From a virus: a DNA stretch of 37,103 nucleotides. Made by a program: the position numbers and the translations under genes. Of the stretch, positions 1 to 9,864 are shown piece after piece (position 1 is the stretch's first letter; every line of letters starts with the position of its first letter). The notes under the pieces were generated by a model. The model was not told the DNA's origin. It made no database searches and saw only the letters and a list, made by a program, of their open reading frames with translations. The stretch lies in the IMG/VR virus record IMGVR_UViG_3300009372_000131; one strand, written 5' to 3'.

Positions 1-119
1 GCACCATCCACTGCTGTGATGGTGATGTTTAAGAACTTCTCGAAGAACCACTTCTCCTGGTCAATCAGTGTGATCTGAATAATAGCAGAGCTGTTGCCTT
101 GCCTAATCGTGAGCGGGCT
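1..119. repeat. Terminal overlap, copy 1: identical to 36985-37103. This is a circular-assembly overlap, not a biological terminal repeat.
   Basis: The window start (gcaccatccactgctgtgatgg...cgtgagcgggct) matches the window end over all 119 nt. The overlap lies inside an open reading frame. Confidence 0.95.
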
Positions 120-407
120 AGGTGTCGAGCTTGACCAGAGCGTGTCCTCTAGAGCAGCCGCGGTGCCCGTTGCTGCCCAGGTAACAGTTACATCATCATC
201 AGCGCCACCTTGACCACTACCTGAGGGCAGACTCAGTTTGAGCTCAATGTCAAAGGTGCTCGAATCGTCTTTGACATGACGCTGCCAGAACTTTTTGACG
301 ATGTGCGATTTAGGCGCTGTCGCATCGAAGGCTGCTGAACTGGTGTAGGTCGCGAGAGGGTCAATTGTGAGGGTGGGCAAGCGCCCCTGGTTAGTTGTAA
401 ACACCAT
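1..407 (-). CDS. Tail fibre/tailspike-like protein 2, N-terminal part. The gene wraps the contig junction and continues at 37103 down to 35652, giving 579 aa in total.
   Basis: ATG at 407-405, 4 nt after the stop of the upstream fibre gene. Hand translation gives MVFTTNQGRLPTLTIDPL...ITAVDGAVLSAATNHCQV, which runs in frame into the ORF 35652..36995. The total unique length is 1740 nt, a multiple of 3. Confidence 0.75.
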   Translation of the reverse strand, partial: MVFTTNQGRLPTLTIDPLATYTSSAAFDATAPKSHIVKKFWQRHVKDDSSTFDIELKLSLPSGSGQGGADDDVTVTWAATGTAAALEDTLWSSSTPSPLTIRQGNSSAIIQITLIDQEKWFFEKFLNITITAVDG

Positions 408-411
408 TGCC

Positions 412-1776
412 TCAGAGCGCTATTCCTGTGAGTGTGGATTTCGATGCCATATAACTGAAGTCAGAAGAGCCCCCTGTCACACCTACGATCAGCGCCGAAT
501 TCAGAGCCATATTGAACGAGTACCCTATTGAGATGGACGCTTCTTCATCATCAGCCACTGTCACAGTGCTCCGGCCTGCGGCGAGAGATGGTACGGTGGT
601 GGTCCCGTCTGTCGCACGGTAGTAAGCGAGAAGCGTGAACTCGGCTGTGGCCCCGCTGATATTCTTGATCCCCACCTGAATCTGGAAACTGTAGTAGCCA
701 GCTTCATCAACTTGTATTGCTGCAGATGTTGTGGCTGCGCCTGCTGAACCTATCATTCCAGACTCTACTGTGAATGGCCCATCCAATGAATACGGTTTGT
801 CCCACTTGACAGGAATGCCCGTTCCGCTTGTTATCTCAGTGTCGGGACCATACCTATGTATTGATCCGCGCACGCCCCCGCTTGCTGCTGCTTGCCACTG
901 AAGACCTGATGTCGTTGAGGTGAGCACTTGCTGATCAGCCCCTTTCGCCAGAGGAGTGTACTGCGTGCCGTTTGCTACCCAGATCTTTCCAGCCTCGTAA
1001 GGTGTCAGAGCAGTAGCGATGTCTGTCTTGACAGTGGGGGATGGACCCCAGCCTGTCTCAGGCCCAGATGAATAGACAAGCGCATCTCCATCAGAAGCAG
1101 GTTCATCATCCCGCACATCGTCAAGACTATCGAGTGCCCCGATGAAACTGGTGAACTCAAGGGCTGTGCCCTCCTGGTCAACCTTGACGAATTTAGTCTT
1201 GTCCCCTGCGTTGCTTGCGAATTGCGCCGGTGTGTCAGTAAGACCTACGAAGGTGCTTGAGCCCCCGCTACCACTACCAGTTCCAGGGGGTTCCTGCCAG
1301 GTGCCATCAGATCGTAAGAACTTCTGAGCAGTAACTTCTGCAGGCGTAGGCGCAGGAACAGCCCCGTCCTCGTTTGTTCCAGTTGTTTCGTGCGTGAACG
1401 GGACAGTTGCTGCTGTTGCAGCAGTCAAGGCAGACTCAGCGTCATCGAGCGCCTCCTGCGAGACATACAGATTCTGCAGCGCACTCTCATCCAAAGCGCT
1501 CTCGCTCAGGATACTGCCGTCTGCGAAATCAATCACTCGCCCAGTCTTTGCAGCCGGCGTAGTTCGCGTGAGTACAACTACATCAGATTCCTCGAGCGTT
1601 GTGCTTGCACCAAATGTGAGGACACCTGACGCTGAGTCAAGAGTGAAGTCTGTATTGGCAACACCTTCGACTGTGGCTGTGACATGTACTGCTCTCAGGT
1701 AGTCAAACCCCAGGGTGAAGGTCTTGCTCGTTGCCTGGGAAGCAGTGACGGTATGGGTAGATGTGCTGTATGCCAT
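412..1776 (-). CDS. Tail fibre protein with a T7 gp17-like N-terminal tail-attachment domain
   Basis: 454 aa. The N-terminus (FTLGFDYLRAVHVTATVEG...VVVLTRTTP...VIDFADGSILSESALDESALQNLYVSQEALD) follows the T7 tail-fibre N-terminal domain pattern. The gene sits after the gp16-like gene. It has a Gly/Ser linker and a divergent C-terminal half. Confidence 0.8.
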   Translation of the reverse strand: MAYSTSTHTVTASQATSKTFTLGFDYLRAVHVTATVEGVANTDFTLDSASGVLTFGASTTLEESDVVVLTRTTPAAKTGRVIDFADGSILSESALDESALQNLYVSQEALDDAESALTAATAATVPFTHETTGTNEDGAVPAPTPAEVTAQKFLRSDGTWQEPPGTGSGSGGSSTFVGLTDTPAQFASNAGDKTKFVKVDQEGTALEFTSFIGALDSLDDVRDDEPASDGDALVYSSGPETGWGPSPTVKTDIATALTPYEAGKIWVANGTQYTPLAKGADQQVLTSTTSGLQWQAAASGGVRGSIHRYGPDTEITSGTGIPVKWDKPYSLDGPFTVESGMIGSAGAATTSAAIQVDEAGYYSFQIQVGIKNISGATAEFTLLAYYRATDGTTTVPSLAAGRSTVTVADDEEASISIGYSFNMALNSALIVGVTGGSSDFSYMASKSTLTGIAL

Positions 1777-1779
1777 GGC

Positions 1780-4700
1780 TTAGTTGTTGAGTGCCTCAGA
1801 CACTAGTTGCTTCCTGCTTTTGATTCGCATTTCGCGCTGGGCCTCTCTGATTTCGGGGAATTCGCGTAGGAGGCGATTTCTCGCTGCCCTGCGGAAGATG
1901 TTGATGTATTTCTTGATCATCTCAGCCCGCGGTGAGGGGACACCAGGCAGGGTTTCAGGAGATGCACGCAAGTACGCTTCAGTCTTGAAGAGCTTCTTTA
2001 GCGCCTGCTTCAAGTGCATTCCTTCAACTGTCACCACACCATGCAGCTCCATGAACCTGTCGTAGGCATCTTGACCCTCTGCGTTCTCAAACTCGCGATA
2101 GTCGATTCCACCAGGTCGTACCTGCGGTGGGTAGAACGCTGTGCCTTTCAGAGAAGCGAATTCACCGAGCACAGACTCATCGTTGGTCTCTGTGTACTGG
2201 ATAGGCAGGAACATGGACTCAATGATTGAGAGCCCAGGGCGCTTCGACATTGTGCCCTTGCGCTTCACAACCTCACCTAGCACATTGCGTTGTGGCGGGA
2301 GTGTCTTAGAGAAGTAGGGCACTCGAGCTAGAGCGTATTCTAACAGTCCACCAACTTCGCGCATTGTATCGTCACCTGTCAGTGGCATCGCAGGCACGCC
2401 TAATGTACGCGGTAGAATGTTAGGGACAAACCCTCCGAAGATTGGGCGCATAGCTTTCAATGCTTGTTCGCTGTCAGCGCCCCCCATCTCCATCATAGCC
2501 TTGAGTCCCTTCATGTAGGACTTCTCGGTGAAGTTGTTCTGTGCAGCAGCCCAGAGCCCAGAGGCAACTGCCTCAAGTTTAGAGGTGTCATCTGTCCCTG
2601 TCTGGCTTAGAGCTGCCACTACATCCGCTACCGTCCCGAGCATGGTCGCCAGCGGGTCCAGGCGATGGAACGAATAGGCTTTGCCACCTATGAGGAACGA
2701 GTAAGGTTGCCAACCTGTCTCTGACCTCTCCAGCAGTTTCCGCTCTTGCAAGTTCGCCGGCCCGCGCCCCGTGATCTTGCCCTGCATCGCCAGGTTCCAA
2801 GCAGTGACAACCAACGCGTTACCTAGCATGACCCGTCCAACAGCTTCACGCTGAATGATCACATCTCCACTACGCAGTTCTTTGACAACGCGACTCCTGA
2901 TCTCGTTCAGGGCTGGCGTGCTCCTCCTGAAATTGATGGGCTCTGCAACCATCTTTGCCATCTCCATCGGATTCATCCTGTCTGCCGCATAGAGCAGGAG
3001 GTTCGTTGGCGTACCTACAAACGGGATGTAGAATCTCGCCGGCCAGAAATCTGCTGTGAAGGATTGAAGTCCAGCCGCGATGCCTGACAGTGTCCCACGC
3101 TCCTTGGAGTGCTTTTTGGTGAAGGTGTTCTCTTCAGCGAATCCCATAGCCTCATCCACAAAGGCGCGGTTTTCCTTGTACTGTTTCCGAGCGTAACGCT
3201 TTGCGAATGGCAGAGCTTTCGCCTTGTCACCTTTGAAGTGCTTCAGGCCCATCGCTAGACCGCGTTTGAAGAACTCTTCAGACGCGATGATCTGACCGTT
3301 GTCCACGATGCGATCCATCTCCTTGACAACATACTCAGCAGCCTCTGCCCCTTGCATGCCTAACTCTGTCATCCCTTTGTCGAAGAGACGCATCTTGATG
3401 CGTGAGCGGAAGTTGATCTGCTTGAAGAAGTTGTCCATGTTCTCCAGCAGAGTGCCTGAGATGTTGACCATCTTGCCTACACGCTCAACCAGCGCTGCCC
3501 CACCTGGGTGCTTATCAATGAAATCCTGGGAGAGGGTATGTTGCCCAATTGATCTGTTGCGCCCAATAGCCTGCCACTTGGTATTGCCTATCGGGCGCAG
3601 GAACTCGTTCCTTTCAACAGACAGTCCTAGGGACAGAGCATCGAGGGTGTCGCTGGTGATGAACTTGATCTGCTCAAACGCAGCACGCATGCCTCGCGAG
3701 TTGAGATTCACCAGGCTACCTGCGGCGAGCTCGACAGGACGCAGCGCAAGCGTCATCGAGTTGCCAATGATGTTCGCCACATGCGTGGCGGGGGCGCTCA
3801 AAATGGCATTCACCCAGCCTTCTGTGACTACATCACCCCAACGGAACTTCTTGCCGCGGAGCATCTTTGCAACGCCGGCCATCTTCTCAAAGTCAGACAG
3901 GTGGGGGTTCTGCTTGAGTGCAGCTGAGACACGGTCAAGCTGGCGCTGGATAGCTTTTGTGTCCAGCCCCTGCTCTGCCAAGATCTTCTTGAGTTGGGAT
4001 GGCTGCAGCCCTCCTAGGGGCGTCTGCATGAAGCGACCCTGGCGGCCCCATTCTCCCCTGAAGTCCCGCACGCCACTCGAGGCTGTAGTGAAGTTGTCTA
4101 CCGCCTTCATCGCGTCCATCATGTCACCGAGGCTGCCTGTCTTTTCAGCCTTCTTCATCAGGCGCGTGAACTGATCAAACAGGGGTGCCATCGTCATCTC
4201 GTGAGCCATGGCACTCTGGCCTAATTCACGCAAGATGTCTGCGTCACTCATGCCTGCACCAAAGCGGCCCGTCAGGGAAGGGTTCAGCTTCTGGATGAGG
4301 CCGGCGTCATCCACATTGTAGAAGTCTTTCATCTTCTGCATCGCAGAACTGAGTTGCTCCTCAGTGACGAGTTCGCGCCCTTTGATCATCTTGGAGTGCT
4401 TGAGATCTAGCGCTCTGATCAGGTTGACCATGTCCTGGGGGTTTGCAGTTGAGAGCAGAGTGTTCTGTACATTCAGACCCTTGCGTAGAGTGAGCCTGCG
4501 GTACAACTCAGAAGTGGAGTATCGATAGCTCCCATCCTCCAGACGCTCTCTAGGGTTCAATATCTCGCCGCGGCCCTCTCCATGAGCCCAATCACCAGGG
4601 TTGCGTCTCTCGGCAATGTCAAGGATCTCCTGAGCATTGTCAGGCATGAACTCATCAACTTGAGAATCAGCTCTTGCTACTGCCTCTTCAGCGTCATCAA

Positions 4701-5571
4701 TGAGACCGCGTGGGATGGCACTTTCAGGCACATCTCCTGCTGTCCTCTCTCCTGTCTCTTCAACAACATCATCAACCTTAGACGCAGGTACGATGCCATC
4801 ACGCTCAAGCGCAGCACCTAGTTCGTCTTGATCAATCAGTCTTTCAGCAAGCTCATCGATCTCTTCAGGTGTCATGTCAGGGTTCTTGCGCTGTGCAGCA
4901 CGCACACCCCTCATGCCTCTGAAGACAACTACTGCTGTTTCTATCATGCCTCCGAAGAGAGCATCCTCTAGCCCTGCTTTGAGACGCAAGACAGCCTCAC
5001 CGTCATCTGGATCAGTGTCAAGAAAGTCAGGCACCAGGTCGCCCAAGTAGGGGATACGCTGGAGGGCCTCGGTAAGTGACCCTTCCTGCCTCTCGTACAG
5101 TGTTGCTGTTGTAAGCCCTGCAGCCATATTTGCCCTGCCGATGCGTAGAGCAGCCGCACCTTTGATGTTCCCGCGCCGCGCCAGCACTTTCTGAGAGGTC
5201 TCTGAGAGACCTTTGAGGTAGCGAGTCTTCCCGATCTTTGCGCCTGCCCCTAAGAATTTCGACACCTTGCTGAAGGTGAACAACCAGGGGATCATCTCCT
5301 GCGTGATGTCGCCCATGGTGGAGGTACGCTCACCAATCAGATCACTCGCCTCCCAGTCTGGCAGAGAATCAAAGGCAAGTGCATCAGCGAAACCGTAGAG
5401 GTCACTTGCCATCTCGACAGGTGCGCCGATGATACCCATGCCAAGATCACCCCAATCGAAGAACTCATGCACATCGGCAGCGCCTGAGGGGGGCGGGGTA
5501 TAAGGTGGGCTATCTGCCCCGAATCCGCTCATCCAGGGCTGCTTCCCATACACGAAGTTGTCTTGCGGCAT
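1780..5571 (-). CDS. Internal virion (ejectosome/core) protein, gp16-like
   Basis: 1263 aa, the last and largest of the block between tail tubular B and the fibres, as in T7. TAATG overlap with the upstream gene. No lytic transglycosylase motif was recognised. Confidence 0.65.
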   Translation of the reverse strand: MPQDNFVYGKQPWMSGFGADSPPYTPPPSGAADVHEFFDWGDLGMGIIGAPVEMASDLYGFADALAFDSLPDWEASDLIGERTSTMGDITQEMIPWLFTFSKVSKFLGAGAKIGKTRYLKGLSETSQKVLARRGNIKGAAALRIGRANMAAGLTTATLYERQEGSLTEALQRIPYLGDLVPDFLDTDPDDGEAVLRLKAGLEDALFGGMIETAVVVFRGMRGVRAAQRKNPDMTPEEIDELAERLIDQDELGAALERDGIVPASKVDDVVEETGERTAGDVPESAIPRGLIDDAEEAVARADSQVDEFMPDNAQEILDIAERRNPGDWAHGEGRGEILNPRERLEDGSYRYSTSELYRRLTLRKGLNVQNTLLSTANPQDMVNLIRALDLKHSKMIKGRELVTEEQLSSAMQKMKDFYNVDDAGLIQKLNPSLTGRFGAGMSDADILRELGQSAMAHEMTMAPLFDQFTRLMKKAEKTGSLGDMMDAMKAVDNFTTASSGVRDFRGEWGRQGRFMQTPLGGLQPSQLKKILAEQGLDTKAIQRQLDRVSAALKQNPHLSDFEKMAGVAKMLRGKKFRWGDVVTEGWVNAILSAPATHVANIIGNSMTLALRPVELAAGSLVNLNSRGMRAAFEQIKFITSDTLDALSLGLSVERNEFLRPIGNTKWQAIGRNRSIGQHTLSQDFIDKHPGGAALVERVGKMVNISGTLLENMDNFFKQINFRSRIKMRLFDKGMTELGMQGAEAAEYVVKEMDRIVDNGQIIASEEFFKRGLAMGLKHFKGDKAKALPFAKRYARKQYKENRAFVDEAMGFAEENTFTKKHSKERGTLSGIAAGLQSFTADFWPARFYIPFVGTPTNLLLYAADRMNPMEMAKMVAEPINFRRSTPALNEIRSRVVKELRSGDVIIQREAVGRVMLGNALVVTAWNLAMQGKITGRGPANLQERKLLERSETGWQPYSFLIGGKAYSFHRLDPLATMLGTVADVVAALSQTGTDDTSKLEAVASGLWAAAQNNFTEKSYMKGLKAMMEMGGADSEQALKAMRPIFGGFVPNILPRTLGVPAMPLTGDDTMREVGGLLEYALARVPYFSKTLPPQRNVLGEVVKRKGTMSKRPGLSIIESMFLPIQYTETNDESVLGEFASLKGTAFYPPQVRPGGIDYREFENAEGQDAYDRFMELHGVVTVEGMHLKQALKKLFKTEAYLRASPETLPGVPSPRAEMIKKYINIFRRAARNRLLREFPEIREAQREMRIKSRKQLVSEALNN

Positions 5572-8500
5572 TAATTGTTCTCCTGGCTCCTGCCGAGGTA
5601 TTTGATGAACTGGGCAGTGAGTGCGTCATCGCGTTCTATGCGTTCCCAGATAAATTCTGGAGTAGCAAATCCACTCTTGGCCCAGGCTTGATCCTGCTTC
5701 TGAGCGAACTGCAGGAATGCCCCAAGATCTTTAGTTGTTGGTGCGGTGACCAGCGTCTCCCCGAGCGACTTGGAGAACTTCCTGAAGGAGTCCAATGTAG
5801 GGCCTACCAGCTCAACCTTTGGTTTCTCTGGCTTCTTCATAGACTCTTGGAACTTAGTGCCTGGGACCAAAGCCCAGCTCTTGCCTAGTTTATTCCGCTC
5901 ACCTGGTGTCATAGGACCAGAGACCGCCCAATTAATGCTAAGAGCAACCTGCTGTTCCGCAATGTCTTTGATCCAGTCACCTAAGTCTCCAGCTTCCAAT
6001 TTGTTTGCCACAGACTTCTCCGAGATGCCAAACGCACCAAGCAGTCTCCGCTGTGCTTCTTCAAGTGGAACAGCAACACCATCCACGCTGACCTCAGTTA
6101 CAGCTGCACCCTGACTGTCTTCACCTGTAGCAAGTATATTGAGCAGGATACTGTCCTCCTCGCTGTGTACAAAGAGATTGGACTTAGGGGAGAATGACGA
6201 AAGGCCGATAGCTTTCAAGTGCTCTGGTGAAATGTTGACCTGGTGATCAGATTGAATCCCCCTTTTCCACGGGGCAGCGTCTCCCCGCCCGGTAATGGTC
6301 ATTGTCCCACTCACCAGGTTACCAATGCTTATGTTTCGCGTGCGTGCTACGGCGATCACTAAAGAGTCACGCTGGTCACTAGATAACCCAGCAAGCGCTT
6401 GGCGGTCTACGAGAAAGATACGCAGATCGCGCATGTCTCGCGCACGCTCAAATGCAAGACTGCCCAGGCTATTGGGATCCATAGCAAATTCTGTCTGCCT
6501 TTGAAGGATGCGCCGCGGCGAGTAAGTCATTTTTCCTGCCCTCTCAGAGATCTGCAACGCCTCGGCAATGTTAGGATCAGAGACAGCGCCGTGTGGAGTA
6601 GACCCCTGTTGGTCTTCCAGCAGTGCAGGGGTTACACCTTTCATTACCACAGTCCTTAATGTTTCCGTGTCCGTCCCAGTGGTAGTACTCGCACTCTGAT
6701 ACCAAGTTGAGAACCTCTCTTCAGCAACTGGCTCTAGTTCGTTGGTGATGCGGTTGATGAGTTCAGCCGGCGGCATAGTGCCCCGTAACTTCTTCCACAT
6801 ATCATGTGCCCTTTCCTGCAAAGAAGCCTCAATACTCCCAGCATCCTTGTTAGCCTGGATAAATGCGTCATCGTCGTTGAATACGCTGTTCTTATCTGAT
6901 GCGGCCACAAACAACGCATTCCTCCCCTTGTGCACCTTTACCTTGTTAGCAATATCCCCTAGAAGCGCCGTGCGCCACAACTCTTCGGGCTTGAACCTCC
7001 CGAGGCGCTCATTCAATTGCGTTTCAGTGCGGCGCGTTAATGTGCCTTGCTCCTGCTTGAGGAGGGCGCGTGCGTCTTCGGGCTCGAACTTATCAAGGTG
7101 CCTCTGAAACTTTTCTTCAATACCTCTTACACGATTGCGCTCCGCAGTGGTGGCCTCCTCGAATTTAGTACCGTACACATTTGCGATCTTTACCGCCTCG
7201 ACCGCAGTATCCGCTTCAGACATGAGTTGAGTCAATTGAGTCCGTAAGACACCCATGTCTTTCATGTATTTAGGCCCGTAATCAGGAGATATTTGAGCGA
7301 GTGCTGCTGCCCTCGCATCCACTATTTGGGGGTGCTTCTGAGCCTGCGCGGAAAAGCTAGCGCTCTTCATATTCCTAAGGATGGGACCATAGAAATCTGG
7401 GTCCCCTCTAAGTGCACCAGTGCTGACCATCCATTCGATTATCTCTGATTCAGAGGCACCAGCAATCAGCATTGAATGATATTCAAATTTCATATCAGCC
7501 GCCTTAGTCGGCTCCCATTTGCCTGCGTCTTTAGCGTCAGTAAACACTGCACTAAGGCGCTCCAGTTGCGCCACAACTATGGCATCATTAGGGTCTAGCC
7601 CGTCTTGCGCGAGGGCATCTGTGGCAGCCTTAAGCGCCTCGTCTTCGGTGCCCCCGGCTGCCTGCACTTCGAGCATAATGGCAGCGGCCTGGTCGTAGAT
7701 GCGCTTCCTCTTCCGCTTATCGCGGGTCTCGTTGTTCTTTTCTGCTGTAGCCTCAATCTCAGATTTCAAGTCTGAGATCTGTGCCTGCACGATCTCATCG
7801 TACTTGATGCTCGTTCCCAGGATCAAACCCTTGCCATCCTCGTCACCAGAAGGTAGCAGAGTCTCAAGCATTTCAAGAGCCATCCTTTCCCCTTCACCTT
7901 CTGGCAATTCCTTATCGCGCTCTTTCTGCAAGAGGATGTGCGCGGCCGCCTTTATGTGCGCGGGAATAGCCTCACGCAGATCATCCACATTGTCCCATGC
8001 GGCCTTGTAGAACTCCGCAATCTTCTTGAGTTGCTCAGGGTCAGCGTAATCCACCTGGCCGAAATCATCAGTCACGCCAGCGACAGGGCCTAGGGCCAGC
8101 TCAACCATCATAGTTGTGGCTGCGACTGCAGTCTCCCGCGTTGCCTGATCATCCTCTCGGGCGTTGATCTCCCTGATTGCTCGATCTGCGAGTTCAGAGT
8201 CTTTCACACCCTTCAGAGGGGCGAAGGCTTCCTCGCCATGAATGCCTAGCTGACTGACGAGCCCTTCGTACTTCCCGTAGATCTCCTGCGCCAGGTCACT
8301 GTAGTCAAGCGCAGGCTCACCAGTGTCTGGGTCGAGCTCATACGCTTCCTTCAGCCTGATCTCAACATCTGAACCGTATTGACGAGCGAGGCGTGACGCT
8401 AGTATCTGCGACCTCCACTTGCGATAGAACGGATCTGCGTTCTTTGCCAATCCCTTGCTACGCATGTCAAGGAAGTTGGCGCGCAGTTCTTTATGTCGCG

Positions 8501-8849
8501 CACGGTCTTCTGCTTCCTTAGCTGCAGCTTCAGCAGTGATAGCAGCAGGAGCAGGATCAGGCCCATAAACATCAGGAGTGTCAGGCGCAAGGTCTGCTTC
8601 AACTAACTCCCTCAGGTCGCTGTCGGAGATGTCCCAGGCAGACTTGATAGCCGCAGCCTTAGCCTCCTCCTTGTCGTCCTTCCATTGCAGCAGGCCCCAC
8701 TTGGAGAGGCTGTCAGCGAATTTCTGGAGCTCACCCGCAGTAGGGTCAGCTTGGGGCAGAGGGAGGCGGGGATCGTAGTAGGTTGAAACTGGTGCAGCCT
8801 GCGGGGACGGAATAGCGCTAGGCAGTTGTGCAGCAGGTTTGCGGGGCAT
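5571..8849 (-). CDS. Internal virion (core) protein, gp15-like
   Basis: 1092 aa, helical and acidic, placed between the gp14-like and gp16-like genes. Assigned by position and size. Confidence 0.6.
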   Translation of the reverse strand: MPRKPAAQLPSAIPSPQAAPVSTYYDPRLPLPQADPTAGELQKFADSLSKWGLLQWKDDKEEAKAAAIKSAWDISDSDLRELVEADLAPDTPDVYGPDPAPAAITAEAAAKEAEDRARHKELRANFLDMRSKGLAKNADPFYRKWRSQILASRLARQYGSDVEIRLKEAYELDPDTGEPALDYSDLAQEIYGKYEGLVSQLGIHGEEAFAPLKGVKDSELADRAIREINAREDDQATRETAVAATTMMVELALGPVAGVTDDFGQVDYADPEQLKKIAEFYKAAWDNVDDLREAIPAHIKAAAHILLQKERDKELPEGEGERMALEMLETLLPSGDEDGKGLILGTSIKYDEIVQAQISDLKSEIEATAEKNNETRDKRKRKRIYDQAAAIMLEVQAAGGTEDEALKAATDALAQDGLDPNDAIVVAQLERLSAVFTDAKDAGKWEPTKAADMKFEYHSMLIAGASESEIIEWMVSTGALRGDPDFYGPILRNMKSASFSAQAQKHPQIVDARAAALAQISPDYGPKYMKDMGVLRTQLTQLMSEADTAVEAVKIANVYGTKFEEATTAERNRVRGIEEKFQRHLDKFEPEDARALLKQEQGTLTRRTETQLNERLGRFKPEELWRTALLGDIANKVKVHKGRNALFVAASDKNSVFNDDDAFIQANKDAGSIEASLQERAHDMWKKLRGTMPPAELINRITNELEPVAEERFSTWYQSASTTTGTDTETLRTVVMKGVTPALLEDQQGSTPHGAVSDPNIAEALQISERAGKMTYSPRRILQRQTEFAMDPNSLGSLAFERARDMRDLRIFLVDRQALAGLSSDQRDSLVIAVARTRNISIGNLVSGTMTITGRGDAAPWKRGIQSDHQVNISPEHLKAIGLSSFSPKSNLFVHSEEDSILLNILATGEDSQGAAVTEVSVDGVAVPLEEAQRRLLGAFGISEKSVANKLEAGDLGDWIKDIAEQQVALSINWAVSGPMTPGERNKLGKSWALVPGTKFQESMKKPEKPKVELVGPTLDSFRKFSKSLGETLVTAPTTKDLGAFLQFAQKQDQAWAKSGFATPEFIWERIERDDALTAQFIKYLGRSQENN

Positions 8850-8851
8850 GA

Positions 8852-9373
8852 TTAGCTAGTTAGTCCTTTGTTCAAGAGGGCGGTGTCGGCAGCAATGCGA
8901 CCGAGTGCGGCCAGGAAATTAGGAGTTTGTAATGGGGTGTAGACACCTCGCAACTCCTGTGCTGCGCGGCCGGCGCGGAGCCCCTCCATCTGCCTGCGTC
9001 TTTGAGCAGCCCCAAATTGCAAGGTGCGCTCTGTCCCAAATCTGTAGTCTAATTCCTGTCGTTGTACATCTTGATACGCAGCCTCGAGTGCTCCACCACT
9101 CATGCCGCCGGCTGCAGCTCTGAGCGTTCCTGCTGCCTTCATGCCTCGCCTGCTCACCTCTGCGAGTTTGGACGCTGCAGCTTCACGCTCCTCCATCTCT
9201 CGCGCATTCAGAGCCTTTGCCTGGTTGTTGAAACTCATCTGGGCGATCTGAGCATTACGCTTCTGAACTTCACTCTGCTGCTCGTTCACCTTGCGTGCGT
9301 AGTTGTGCTGGGAAATTATACCTAGAACACTGGACCCAGCGCTGATGGCTAGGATTGCGGGTACTCCACACAT
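8852..9373 (-). CDS. Internal virion protein B, gp14-like
   Basis: 173 aa. The N-terminus MCGVPAILAISAGSSVLG resembles T7 gp14 (MCWAAAIPIAISGAQ...), followed by a coiled-coil-like Gln/Ala/Arg-rich region. Confidence 0.8.
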   Translation of the reverse strand: MCGVPAILAISAGSSVLGIISQHNYARKVNEQQSEVQKRNAQIAQMSFNNQAKALNAREMEEREAAASKLAEVSRRGMKAAGTLRAAAGGMSGGALEAAYQDVQRQELDYRFGTERTLQFGAAQRRRQMEGLRAGRAAQELRGVYTPLQTPNFLAALGRIAADTALLNKGLTS

Positions 9374-9864
9374 TTTAGGATGAATTCCAAGAAGGGTTTA
9401 CGGGCAACACCAAAGTGTGTATGCCGATGAATGAATATTGCGCCAATCGAACGCAGCCAACGGATAGATTCCCGATGGCGCTCATCGACACAATTTGTAA
9501 CGATCTGATAACCGTTGCACAGTTCAGACAGGTAGTCTTGAGAATGCCTGACAAAGTGCTTTCGGAAATGCCTGACCTCATCTGTGCCTAAGAGCCAGAT
9601 GCCCCCTGTCCCTGGCTCAGAAGGCATGTCAGCAATACCGAACATCAGCGCAGGCACTTGTTTGTAGAGCACGGTAAACGCAGCCTTTGACTGCTGCCTC
9701 GAGTGTTCCACTGCCTCCAGAGGACCCCAGCCATATGCAGCCTTGACCTCAATACAATCAGCTGCACGCAGATTCAGAGCAAGCTCAAGCGAGTCCTCTG
9801 CCCTCGCCGGCCTGATCTCTATATCGCGTATCTGGCGCTCTTTGAGTTGTACCTGGCTGTCCAC
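9349..9864 (-). CDS. gp13-like internal virion/assembly protein with an acetyltransferase-like fold (DUF2833-type)
   Basis: 171 aa between the tubular B and gp14-like genes. The pattern IRPARAED...LRAADCIE...PALMFG...GGIWLLGTDE...SIRWLRSIGA is as I recall for this family. GTG start at 9864 overlaps gp12 by 46 nt, and the start is uncertain. Confidence 0.4.
   Translation of the reverse strand: MDSQVQLKERQIRDIEIRPARAEDSLELALNLRAADCIEVKAAYGWGPLEAVEHSRQQSKAAFTVLYKQVPALMFGIADMPSEPGTGGIWLLGTDEVRHFRKHFVRHSQDYLSELCNGYQIVTNCVDERHRESIRWLRSIGAIFIHRHTHFGVARKPFLEFILKCVEYPQS

Noticed and set aside
1-119. 119-bp identical ends as biological direct terminal repeats of a T7-like genome
   Set aside because: The repeat lies in the middle of a continuous 1740-nt reading frame. 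This fits an assembler overlap on a circular or concatemeric template, and real T7-type terminal repeats are noncoding.
3299-4174. Long plus-strand ORFs antisense to structural and replication genes (also 23153-23974, 15628-16236, 14991-15503, 27150-27743, 25140-25598)
   Set aside because: All lie entirely inside well-supported minus-strand genes. They have Ser/Arg/Cys/Pro-rich composition and no SD, as expected for antisense frames at this GC content.
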